Positions 19,969-28,617 are shown, counted from the stretch's first letter. The stretch: 44,339 nucleotides of DNA from Acidobacteriota bacterium (GCA_003222815.1 QHXC01000384.1:1-44339), one strand, 5' to 3'. The notes: generated by a model from the sequence alone, not told the origin. A program made the numbers and translations.

Positions 19969-19997
19969 TCTGGTAGTCGCGGCTTTAGCCCGGGATT

Positions 19998-21755
19998 TTA
20001 AAGTGCGTACCGGCCGTTGTCCGTCAGATGTTCCGCAATCCGCTGCCGCGTGCGTACGGTATTGATGGGAGGCCATCGCAATAGTCTGCGAAGACCGCCC
20101 AGTTGTGTGCGGAGCGCATCACCTTCAGAGACGGCCGCCAGGATCTGCCGCCCGGAGAACTCAACACGGCTCATCGCGTCGTTAATGAAGGTACGCGCCA
20201 CTTCTCTGTGGACATCCGTCGAGTTCTGCTTTCTGAGGCGTTGGACGGCGGTATCCATGGCGTAAACGTCCATCACGATATTGCTGATGTGCATCAACAC
20301 TTCCTGCTCCTCTCGAATCGTGTCTGCAAACTTCTGCATTGCCGATCCCGCAACAAACAAGAGAGCTTTCTTCGACTGTGCAATTGCAGCAAGCTCCGCT
20401 CCAAGAGGTCCTGAAGGCTCGCTGGGAAGAGAAGCCGAAAGGACCTCGTCCACGACCTGACGTGCGGCGGAATGCAGCGGCAGGTGTCCTGTACTGGCGC
20501 GCTTGAGGAGCATGCCGGGAATGAGAAGGCGATTGATTTCATTCGTTCCCTCAAATATTCGATTCACACGGGAGTCGCGATAATACCGCTCGACCGGATA
20601 TTCCGCGCTGTATCCGTATCCGCCATAGACCTGTACGGCTTCGTCAACGACGAAGTCGAGAACCTCGCTTCCAAAGACCTTCAGGATTGAACACTCGATG
20701 GCGTATTCCTCGATGGCCTTGAGCGTCTGGCGCGTGCCTTCCTTATCGACATCTTCCAGGCTGCGATCCATCAGGCCTGCCGTTCGATAGACCATGCCTT
20801 CAGCAACCCATATGCGCGCCGCCATTTCCGCAAGCTTGTGCTTGATGGCGCCAAAGCTGGCGATCGGCTTGCCGAATGCGACGCGTTGTTTTGCATATCG
20901 AATGGCATCATTTAACGCTGTCTTGGCGCCCCCTACCGCGCCGGCGCCAAGCTTTGCGCGGCCAATATTGAGGATGTTGAATGCAACATGATGGCCCTTG
21001 CCGATTTCACCGACGACGTTGTCCAGCGGGACCCTCGCGTTGTCCAAAACCAACGTGCGCGTCGAAGAGCCCTTCAAGCCCATCTTTTGTTCTTCTGCGC
21101 CGGTCGAAACGCCTGGATAATCTTTCTCGATAATGAAGCAACTGAACTGCTTCCCGTCCACCTGGGCAAAGGTCATGAACATGTCCGCAAAGGCTGCATT
21201 GGTGATCCACATTTTTTCGCCATTGATCAGCCAATGCGTTCCATCCTCGCTTCGCACAGCATTCGTCTTTGCGGCAAGCGCGTCAGAACCACTGCCGGCT
21301 TCCGACAAAGCGTAAGCAGAGATTTTCTCGGCCGTGCAGAGCATTGGCAAATATTTGCGTTTGTGTTCTTCCTTGCCAAAGTAAACGATCGGCAGCGTGC
21401 CGATACCGCTATGCCCGCCATACGAGACCGCGAACGAAGCCACGCGTGCGAGCCTCTCGGCGACAATCATCGCGGAGACCTTGTCGAGATTCTCCCCGCC
21501 GTACTTCTCGGGTACTTCGATACCAAGCAGGCCGAGTTCTCCGCAGCGGCGTAGAAGCGAGACCGTGACGTCCCATTCCTTGTGCTCGATCCGTTCCTGC
21601 TGCGGCAGGACTTCTTGTTCGACAAACTGTTCGGTCATGTTCCGGATCATCATGTGCTCTTCGGAAAAATCTTCCGGCGTGAACACATCTTCAGGGACAC
21701 TATCCTCGATCAGAAAACTTCCGCCTTTTTTTAAAACAGTGACTTCTTTGGCCAT
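19998..21755 (-). CDS. fadE: Long-form acyl-CoA dehydrogenase (FadE-like, 585 aa)
   Basis: An acyl-CoA dehydrogenase fold (ALSEAGSGSDA..., YRDSRVNRIFEGTNEINRLLI) with an extra C-terminal domain. The start is taken at MAKEVTVLKKGG (ATG at 21755), because the track extension to 21857 runs through the intergenic inverted repeat. Confidence 0.9.
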   Translation of the reverse strand: MAKEVTVLKKGGSFLIEDSVPEDVFTPEDFSEEHMMIRNMTEQFVEQEVLPQQERIEHKEWDVTVSLLRRCGELGLLGIEVPEKYGGENLDKVSAMIVAERLARVASFAVSYGGHSGIGTLPIVYFGKEEHKRKYLPMLCTAEKISAYALSEAGSGSDALAAKTNAVRSEDGTHWLINGEKMWITNAAFADMFMTFAQVDGKQFSCFIIEKDYPGVSTGAEEQKMGLKGSSTRTLVLDNARVPLDNVVGEIGKGHHVAFNILNIGRAKLGAGAVGGAKTALNDAIRYAKQRVAFGKPIASFGAIKHKLAEMAARIWVAEGMVYRTAGLMDRSLEDVDKEGTRQTLKAIEEYAIECSILKVFGSEVLDFVVDEAVQVYGGYGYSAEYPVERYYRDSRVNRIFEGTNEINRLLIPGMLLKRASTGHLPLHSAARQVVDEVLSASLPSEPSGPLGAELAAIAQSKKALLFVAGSAMQKFADTIREEQEVLMHISNIVMDVYAMDTAVQRLRKQNSTDVHREVARTFINDAMSRVEFSGRQILAAVSEGDALRTQLGGLRRLLRWPPINTVRTRQRIAEHLTDNGRYAL

Positions 21756-21768
21756 AGTTGAATCTCCT

Positions 21769-21851
21769 GGCCGCGAATTACGCGAATTACGCCAATGGCG
21801 CAGTAGGGATCCGTTGACGCGCCATTGGCGTAATTCGCGTAATTCGCGGCC
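21769..21851. repeat. Perfect 33-bp inverted repeat (REP-like hairpin) between fadA and fadE
   Basis: The left arm is GGCCGCGAATTACGCGAATTACGCCAATGGCGC (21769-21801), the loop is 17 nt, and the right arm is its exact reverse complement (21819-21851). Each arm contains a tandem 9-mer, GCGAATTAC x2. Confidence 0.9.
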
Positions 21852-21856
21852 ACGCA

Positions 21857-23032
21857 CTAAATCCTCTCAAAAATCCCCGCGGCACCCATACCGCCACCGA
21901 CGCACATCGTGACCATGCCGTATCGGGCACCGCGCCGGCGCATTTCATGGAGCAGCGTCGCCGTTAGTTTCGAGCCCGTGCATCCCAACGGATGGCCCAA
22001 CGCGATGGCACCCCCGTTGACATTGAGCTTAGACATATCGAGTCCGAGTTCACGAATCACGGCCAGGGCCTGCACCGCGAATGCCTCGTTCAACTCGATC
22101 AAATCCATGTCCTCCAACTTCAGCCCCGCTTGCCGCAGTACTTTCGGAATCGCCTCCACTGGTCCGATACCCATGACTTCCGGACGCACGCCAGCCGTGG
22201 CATAGGCAACGAATCGCGCGAGCGGCTGGAGCCCCATGGCCCTGGCCTTCGCTTCCGACATGATGATAACCGCTCCAGCGCCATCACTCATCTGAGAGGC
22301 GTTGCCTGCGGTTACCGTCCCTTCCGCTTTGAACGCGGGCTTCAGGTTTTGCAGGGCTTCCATCGACGTGTCACGCCGCGGTCCTTCGTCGGTCGCGAAG
22401 TTGAATTCACACACCGTTCTGCGCGACTGTTCCAGTACAACTTCGCGGACCGGCAACGAGACAATCTCATCCTTGAATCGTCCGGCGTCGATCGCAGCAA
22501 GGGCCTTGCGATGGCTTTCCAGCGCAAACGCATCTTGCTCATCGCGGCGGATGCCGAATTCGCGCGCCAGGTTTTCTGCGGTCAGTCCCATGCTCAGGTA
22601 AGTGTCCGGGTCGCTCTCAATGAGGGCTGGATTGGGTGCGATCTTGTGACCACCCATCGGAATCATACTCATCGATTCCGTCCCACCCGCCAGAATGCAA
22701 TTGGCCGCTCCCGACAAGATGCGATCTGCTGCAAATGCGATCGACTGCAATCCCGAAGAGCAGAATCGATTCAAAGTCATCGCCGGAACCGTGTAGGGCA
22801 GTCCGGCGCGGAACGCTGCTACCCGTGCCACATTCATTCCTTGCTCGGCTTCCGGCATTGCGCAACCGATATAGATGTCCTCGACTTCTTCAGGCCGGAG
22901 TCCTGGGACTTGTTCGATCGCGGCTCGCATGACTATGGCGGCCATGTCGTCCGGGCGGGTTGCAGACAGTTTTCCTTTAGGCGCTTTGCCAACGGCTGTT
23001 CGAACGGCGGATACGATAACTGCAGAGTTCAC
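21857..23032 (-). CDS. fadA: Acetyl-CoA C-acyltransferase (thiolase)
   Basis: Active-site Cys in NRFCSSGLQS, plus NEAFA, GHPLGCTG and CVGGGMG motifs. Full length at 391 aa. Confidence 0.95.
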   Translation of the reverse strand: MNSAVIVSAVRTAVGKAPKGKLSATRPDDMAAIVMRAAIEQVPGLRPEEVEDIYIGCAMPEAEQGMNVARVAAFRAGLPYTVPAMTLNRFCSSGLQSIAFAADRILSGAANCILAGGTESMSMIPMGGHKIAPNPALIESDPDTYLSMGLTAENLAREFGIRRDEQDAFALESHRKALAAIDAGRFKDEIVSLPVREVVLEQSRRTVCEFNFATDEGPRRDTSMEALQNLKPAFKAEGTVTAGNASQMSDGAGAVIIMSEAKARAMGLQPLARFVAYATAGVRPEVMGIGPVEAIPKVLRQAGLKLEDMDLIELNEAFAVQALAVIRELGLDMSKLNVNGGAIALGHPLGCTGSKLTATLLHEMRRRGARYGMVTMCVGGGMGAAGIFERI

Positions 23033-23050
23033 GGTAATACTCCTCGGTTC

Positions 23051-23095
23051 GCGTCATTGGCGTAAATTCGCGGCCGCCAGTTGCGCCAATGACGC
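23051..23095. repeat. REP-like hairpin related to the 21769-21851 element, between fadN and fadA
   Basis: GCGTCATTGGCG (23051-23062) pairs with CGCCAATGACGC (23084-23095). The 21-nt loop contains gcggccgc. It shares cattggcgtaa(a)ttcgcggcc with the 21819-21851 arm. Confidence 0.75.
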
Positions 23096-23100
23096 CAATC

Positions 23101-25142
23101 TCAATTCCTCAGCACTTTCCCCTTTTTTAACAGATGCTCCATACGGGCCAACGTCTTCGGTTCACCGCAAAGCGATTTGAACGCCTCGCGCTCCAGATCC
23201 AGGAAATACCGTTCAGGCGCGGTCGACGGACGTGTGACATCACCGCCACACAGCACATACGCCAGCTTGCGCGCGAGGTGGGCCTCATATTCCGTGATGT
23301 AGCCGGCCTGACGCATGAGATGAATGCCCAGCTTCAACTCCGCGCCGAGCGTTTCGCCGAAGACCGGAAGCTCGGGCGGCACCGGAGGCCGATACCCGGC
23401 TGCGGCCAGCCGCAGCACTTCGGCCTTCGCATCATGGATTAGACGATCCGAATTCATCGTCATTCCATCCTCAGGCCGAAGGTAAAGCAGACGCCGTGCA
23501 TCCTCTGCACTCGTGGAGACTTTTGCCATGCCGATGCAACTTCAACGAGACCTATGTATGTTTCCGCCGCGGCCTGCACTAGCGCTCCGGCCAGCGCGAT
23601 CTCACAGCCACCGCCTAGCGTTAATGCAAATGGCGCCACGACGACAGGCTTTTGGTTGTACCGGATCGCCTGCGTTGCGCGCTGAAAGGTGCGTACCATG
23701 TAATCGATCTCGTCCCAGTTGCCCTCGACTGCTTCCATCATCAGGAGCATCAGGTTCGCGCCTGCCGAGAAGTGTTGCCCCTGGTTGCCGATGACAAGGC
23801 CCTCGAAGTTCGCATTGACATCTTCGAGCGAAGCGAAGAGAAGGGAAATGATGTCGCCTCCGATGGTATTCATCTTCGAGTGAAACTCCAGACAGGCCAC
23901 ACCATCACCAAGATCGCGCAACGCCGCGCCGGCATTCTCCCGGATCACGCGCTGCTTTTTTAGGAAGGACGCACCGGTTATGGGTTCATCCTTGAGAGCT
24001 TTCGAAAGTTCAAATGGTCCCATCTCCCACGCAAAACCCCACCTCATGGCGCGGTCCACGGCCTCCGGATCCTCTGAGATCTCGGGGATTCGAGAAGCCG
24101 CGTACTCCAAGATCGACTTCAGCAGCTCCGACACGAATTCGGCGGCGCGATCGCGGCTCTTGAAGAGTGCGTTCAGACGGTCCGTTAGATTTTCGATGTT
24201 GGAGATCATCTCTAGGGAAGGAAGATTCGGCGGGCGTTGCCGGCGGTACTGCATAGTGTCGAGGTCAAGCGTGAGGATCTCGTCACCTTCTTTTTTGTAA
24301 AAGCCCCGGCCGGTCTTTGCTCCGAGCATTGCTCTTTCGGCCATGGTTCGCATGAATTCGGGAACCCTGAAGATTTCCCGCTGCGGGTCATCCAGAGCGT
24401 TCTCGAAGATGTTGCCGGCAACGTGGACGAAGATATCCAGGCCGACCATATCGATCGTGCGGAAAGTCGCCGTCTTCGCTCGGCCAATCAGGGGTCCCGT
24501 CAGCCGGTCAACTTCTTCGATCGTGAATCCGCCCTGCCTCATCAACTGAATGGCCTTCAGCGCAGCAAACAAGCCGATCCGATTCGCGATGAAATTGGGG
24601 GTGTCTTTCGCGCGCACGACCCCTTTGCCCAGGATGATTTCGGCGAATCGCTCAAATTCCGCGAGCGTGTTGGGGTCCGTTTCGGCCGTCGGAATGACTT
24701 CGAGCAGCTTCATATATCGAGGAGGATTGAAGAAATGCGTTCCAAACCAGCGCTGCCGGAAATCGTCGCTCCGGTTTTGTGCAAGAGCGGTGACAGAGAG
24801 GCCAGAAGTGTTCGTCGTCACGAGCGAGCCTGGCTTTCGGGCAGAATCGACGGCCTCGAGCAATTTCCTTTTGATTTCGAGGTTTTCCACCACGGCTTCG
24901 ATGACCCAATCGGCTTCCTTGATGCGTCCGATGTCGTCGTTGAAGGTGCCTATGCCGATCTGCCGTATGTTTTCTGGCACGAAGAGCGCCGGCGGCGAGC
25001 TCTTTTCGAGGCCACGCAATCCGGCTCGAGCCTGCTCCTGAGTCACGTCCAGCAGAAATACGGACAGGCCGGCATTCGCCATGTGCCCGGCGATCTGCGC
25101 TCCCATCGTGCCCGCGCCGAGAACCGCAACTTTCCGGATCAT
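23101..25142 (-). pseudogene. fadN: Bifunctional 3-hydroxyacyl-CoA dehydrogenase / enoyl-CoA hydratase (FadN-type), frameshifted with an internal deletion
   Basis: The N-terminal ORF (25142-23460) has the NAD-binding VAVLGAGTMGAQIA and a crotonase domain up to AETYIGLVEV, then reads nonsense to a stop. The conserved tail AKVSTSAEDAR...LDLEREAFKSLCGEPKTLARMEHLLKKGKVLRN is in another frame (23529-23101). The GVGLIPxGGG segment expected after GLVE is absent. Confidence 0.8.
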
Positions 25143-25741
25143 TTTTCGATTCCTTTGATCAAAATGTCGGTCACAGGCTGAACCATACTTTCCAGCGAAT
25201 AACGCCTCCGGCTGAGGATCCAGTTGGTCACCATCTCATCCAGCGCCCCAAAGAAAACCTTTGTCGCCACTTTGGGATGAATTTCCTGCCGAAAAATTCC
25301 TCGCTTCTGTCCATCCACGATGATCTCGCGAATCATTTCGAAGTACTCGGCCAGACGCGTCGTCGAAAATTCCTCCATGAACTTCGTCGATTGCCGCAGC
25401 TCGACCTGAAAGACCACGGCGAGTTGGCGGTCACGCCCAAGCCAGGAGAGGTGCAGGGAAGCGAGCTTCCCAAGCCGCTCTACAGGATCATCCAACTTTT
25501 GAAGCTCCACCCGGCTTTTGGCAATCACCTCTTCCATCGTTTCGTTGAAAATGGAAATCAGGAGATCGTCCTTACTCTTGAAGTAGAGATAGACAGTCCC
25601 ATCCGCCACGCCTGCGGCCTCTGCCACGTCCGCAACCGTCGACTGGAAGAATCCCCGGCCAGCAAACACTTTAATCGCGGCCCGCAGGATCGCCTGGTAC
25701 TTCTCGCTATGTTTCTGCCGCCGGACTGAATGAGTGTTCAT
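25139..25741 (-). CDS. fadR: TetR/AcrR-family transcriptional regulator, likely fatty-acid degradation repressor
   Basis: The TetR HTH reads ILRAAIKVFAGRGFFQSTVADVAEAAGVADGTVYLYFKSKDDLL. The stop overlaps the fadN start (ATGA). It is the first gene of the fadR-fadN-fadA-fadE run. Confidence 0.85.
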   Translation of the reverse strand: MNTHSVRRQKHSEKYQAILRAAIKVFAGRGFFQSTVADVAEAAGVADGTVYLYFKSKDDLLISIFNETMEEVIAKSRVELQKLDDPVERLGKLASLHLSWLGRDRQLAVVFQVELRQSTKFMEEFSTTRLAEYFEMIREIIVDGQKRGIFRQEIHPKVATKVFFGALDEMVTNWILSRRRYSLESMVQPVTDILIKGIEK

Positions 25742-25744
25742 TCA
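25727..25744. promoter_or_regulatory. Candidate FadR operator: TGAATGA-gtgt-TCATTCA
   Basis: A perfect 7+7 inverted repeat with a 4-nt spacer overlaps the fadR start codon (25739-25741). The half-sites match what I recall of Bacillus subtilis FadR (YsiA) boxes. Confidence 0.55.
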
Positions 25745-25883
25745 TTTAACGTATACCCTGGCGTCGCGACCAAGACAAGTACGCTATAGCGGCCTTGAAG
25801 CGAATTTCCCTTGGCAAAGCAGGGGGGTCCGGCTTGTCGAAAAGAGGCCGACCTTCGTCGAACGTGCCGGAACCGGTCAGAGC

Positions 25884-26150
25884 TTACTGCCACTGGGTTA
25901 GAACAAAGTCCGCCGCAAAAGGACTCACGAAGCGAACGCCTTCGATCGCTCCGCCGACATTGAAATCTTCAGTGAAGATCACGGTTGTTTGGTTGAGTCG
26001 TGCGATTGCCCAGAGCTGTGCGTCCCAGTAAGAGAACTTGTGCGTGCGTAGGCACGAGAAGCTGTCCGATGAGTCGGCATGCAGATTGGGCGGAACTACG
26101 CCCGAGACTTCGGGAAGGATTCGGGTGAGCGGAATCAGGGTGACCAGACG
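25884..26150 (-). pseudogene. PIN-domain (VapC-type) toxin remnant lacking its N-terminus and start codon
   Basis: Hand translation gives GRLVTLIPLTRILPEVSGVVPPNLHADSSDSFSCLRTHKFSYWDAQLWAIARLNQTTVIFTEDFNVGGAIEGVRFVSPFAADFVLTQWQ*. The YWDAQLWAIA and TEDF acidic motifs are present. The frame runs straight into the proA stop codon with no ATG/GTG/TTG and no first Asp motif. Confidence 0.65.
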
Positions 26151-26152
26151 CC

Positions 26153-27376
26153 CTACAGCAGTTTCCTGTGTCGAAAAGGCTTCGCGTTCTCCCCGGTGTA
26201 CGTGGCCACGATGTGGCCGTTCCCGATAAGCTGGTACTTGTAGATGAGCAATCCATCCACGCCGACAGGGCCGCGCGCGTGGGTCTTGTTTGTGCTGATG
26301 CCGACCTCAGCGCCGAAGCCGTAGCGGTAGCCGTCGGCGAATCGGGTCGACGCATTCCAGAACACACCTGCCGAATCGACCTCATTCAAGAAGCGCCGTG
26401 CATTGTCCTCGTTCTCGGTGACAATCGACTCGGTGTGTGCTGAGCCGAACCGATGGATGTGATCGATGGCTTCATCGAGACCATTCACGATCTTCACATT
26501 CATGATGTAGTCCAAGTACTCGGATCCAAACCCGGTATCGTGCAATTCCACACCCGCGTCGGCCAGCGCCTTCATGACCTTCTCGCGGCCGGCAAAATTG
26601 GAATGCACAAGCAGTGTCTCCGCGGCATTGCACACGGCAGGATATTGCGCCTTGGAGTCCACGGCGATCCGAATAGCCTTTTCGATGTCGGCGAACTCAT
26701 CGATATTAACGTGGCAAATGCCATCCGCATGGCCCAACACGGGAATCTTGGTGCTTTGCTGAATCGTGCGAACCATCTCGTTCGAGCCCCGAGGAATGAC
26801 CAGGCTGATCAGGTCGTCCATCTTTAGAAACTCGGCGATCTGCTCCCGTGTCGAGACCAGTTGCACGGCATCGGTAACGCCGTGTTTCTGGAGTGCGCCA
26901 CGAATGACATCTCCAAGAATAGCGTTCGTGTTGGCGGCTTCTCTTCCCCCCTTGAGGAGCACGGCATTGCCGGTTCGAATCGCTAATGCGGCAATCTGTG
27001 GCACGACATCGGGACGGGATTCAAAGATGGCTGCAATCACTCCGATTGGAGTCCGGACCTTACGGAGGAGGAGACCTTCGTCCAGTTCGGTTTCTTCAAG
27101 CACGCGACCAACAGGATCCTCCATTCTTGCGATCTGCGTAATCCCGTCCAGCACATCCCGAAGCTTCGGTTCGTTCAGAGCAAGCCGCTTGTACAACGTT
27201 TCGGCAAGTGAACCTTTCGCTTCGGCCAAATCCGCTTCGTTGGCGGCAAATATCGACTTTGCGCTTTCCCGGATCGCGGCAGCGACATCGTTGAGAACCG
27301 CCGTCCGGTCCACTGAGGTAGACAGCTTCAGGAATGCTTTTCGTGCCCGCTCCGCTTGTTGGCGTGTTTCGTTCAT
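26153..27376 (-). CDS. proA: Glutamate-5-semialdehyde dehydrogenase (gamma-glutamyl phosphate reductase)
   Basis: Contains IFESRPDV, LLKGGREA, the catalytic Cys in AVCNAAETLLVH and the ASTRFADGYRYGFGAEVGIST motif. Confidence 0.95.
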   Translation of the reverse strand: MNETRQQAERARKAFLKLSTSVDRTAVLNDVAAAIRESAKSIFAANEADLAEAKGSLAETLYKRLALNEPKLRDVLDGITQIARMEDPVGRVLEETELDEGLLLRKVRTPIGVIAAIFESRPDVVPQIAALAIRTGNAVLLKGGREAANTNAILGDVIRGALQKHGVTDAVQLVSTREQIAEFLKMDDLISLVIPRGSNEMVRTIQQSTKIPVLGHADGICHVNIDEFADIEKAIRIAVDSKAQYPAVCNAAETLLVHSNFAGREKVMKALADAGVELHDTGFGSEYLDYIMNVKIVNGLDEAIDHIHRFGSAHTESIVTENEDNARRFLNEVDSAGVFWNASTRFADGYRYGFGAEVGISTNKTHARGPVGVDGLLIYKYQLIGNGHIVATYTGENAKPFRHRKLL

Positions 27377-27438
27377 GTAATCAGGTCAGGAAACTATTCC
27401 GCACCTGTCCAGGGAGTAGTGTTCCCACCCCCACGCTC

Positions 27439-28581
27439 CTAATCCGCCAAAAACGCTATGTTGTTGCGTGTGATGAAAGCATCATAGTTTTTCGTTGTCG
27501 CTAGCCGAGCGATGTCATCGGAATGTGTTCCACTGAGTTTCGAAGCGTCAGCGCTTGAATAATTCACGGTGCCGCGCGCGCCCTCCTGGCCGTTGGGTCC
27601 GACGATGGCGACAACGTCGCCATTCTCGAATTCGTTTTCGATACGTGTGACACCCGCATAGAGAAGGCTCGCGTTCTTTCTGGTGATTGCGTCCAGTGCG
27701 CCCTCATTGATATGAATCCGGCCGGAGATGGATGACGCAAAAGCAATCCAGCGGCGCTTTCCAGAGAGCGACTCGGATTTACCGACGAACAATGTTCCTT
27801 CTTGTTCGCCGCCCAGAACTCTGGCCAGAATACTGGGTTTCAGCCCATTCGCGACCACAGCAATTCCACCGGAGTTCATCGCAATGCGGGCGGCCTGAAG
27901 CTTTGTGGACATGCCGCCACGGCCCCGTGCCGATTTGCGCCCCGCCAGTGCCTCGACCTCGGGAGTGATCTCATGTACTTCGGGAATCCGTTCGGCGCTA
28001 GGATTGTGACGCGGATCTTCAGTGAACAGGCCGTCCACGTCGGACAGGAGAATCAGGGCGTGCGCTTCGAGCTTGCTCATCACCAGAGCGCTCAGCTTAT
28101 CGTTGTCGCCGAAGCTCGGGTTGCGATCTGTAACTTCAAGCTCGTTGGTTGATACGGTGTCATTCTCGTTAATGATTGGAATGACGCCCATATCGAGCAG
28201 CGTCTCGAGCGTGCAGCGCAGGTTCAAATAGCGTTTGCGGTTCGAAAAATCTTCCTCAGTGAGAAGAATCTGTCCTGCAGTCAATCCGTACTTGGCGAAT
28301 CCCTGCTCATACAGATTCATCAATCGGCTTTGACCCACGGCCGCGAGCGCCTGTTTCTGAGGTAGGGAAGCGGTCGCCGACTTCATTTTCAACGCATTCG
28401 CTCCCAGCGCTACGGCTCCGGAGGACACCACGATCACCTGACGTCCGGCCAGGCTCGCCACCGCGATATCTTCGATGAAGGAGAAGATTCGCCCGAGGGC
28501 GACATGCCCGCCATTATTGAAGAATAAATTCGAACCAAGCTTCACAACCACACGCTTGGCGTCACGTATCCGGTACCGCAT
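27439..28581 (-). CDS. proB: Glutamate 5-kinase with a C-terminal PUA domain
   Basis: Contains RVVVKLGSN, the amino-acid kinase fold and a PUA tail (GRIHINEGALDAI...GDVVAIVGPNGQEGARG). I prefer the ATG at 28581; the track uses the TTG at 28587. Confidence 0.95.
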   Translation of the reverse strand: MRYRIRDAKRVVVKLGSNLFFNNGGHVALGRIFSFIEDIAVASLAGRQVIVVSSGAVALGANALKMKSATASLPQKQALAAVGQSRLMNLYEQGFAKYGLTAGQILLTEEDFSNRKRYLNLRCTLETLLDMGVIPIINENDTVSTNELEVTDRNPSFGDNDKLSALVMSKLEAHALILLSDVDGLFTEDPRHNPSAERIPEVHEITPEVEALAGRKSARGRGGMSTKLQAARIAMNSGGIAVVANGLKPSILARVLGGEQEGTLFVGKSESLSGKRRWIAFASSISGRIHINEGALDAITRKNASLLYAGVTRIENEFENGDVVAIVGPNGQEGARGTVNYSSADASKLSGTHSDDIARLATTKNYDAFITRNNIAFLAD

Positions 28582-28587
28582 ATTCAA

Positions 28588-28617
28588 CTGTAGGGCGGTC
28601 TGTGACCGCCGCTACAG
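28588..28617. repeat. REP-like hairpin CTGTAG-GGCGGT-ctgtg-ACCGCC-g-CTACAG
   Basis: Read directly between the SirB1-like gene stop and the proB start. The core ggcggtCTGTGaccgccgctacag recurs at 37066-37090 with an inverted loop (CACAG). Confidence 0.6.

Noticed and set aside
21769-21851. Possible CRISPR-like or tandem-repeat array (GCGAATTAC x2 and similar 9-mers at 34634-34651)
   Set aside because: There are only two adjacent units per arm, no spacers and no cas genes. The structure is an inverted repeat hairpin, not an array.
21756-21857. N-terminal extension of fadE (MRGRELRELRQWR...)
   Set aside because: The extension is simply the translation of the 33-bp inverted repeat. The acyl-CoA dehydrogenase homology begins at MAKEV (21755).
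21992-23065. 357-aa plus-strand ORF
   Set aside because: It is entirely antisense to the intact thiolase gene and has Arg/His-rich nonsense composition.
24237-25181. 314-aa plus-strand ORF
   Set aside because: It is antisense to the NAD-binding half of fadN, with no motifs. A shadow ORF.
26570-26640. Possible small in-frame shortening of ProA in the region ADAGVELHDTGFGSEYLDYIMNVKIV
   Set aside because: The overall length (407 aa) and all catalytic motifs are normal. This loop varies among ProA orthologs, so there is no basis to call a deletion.
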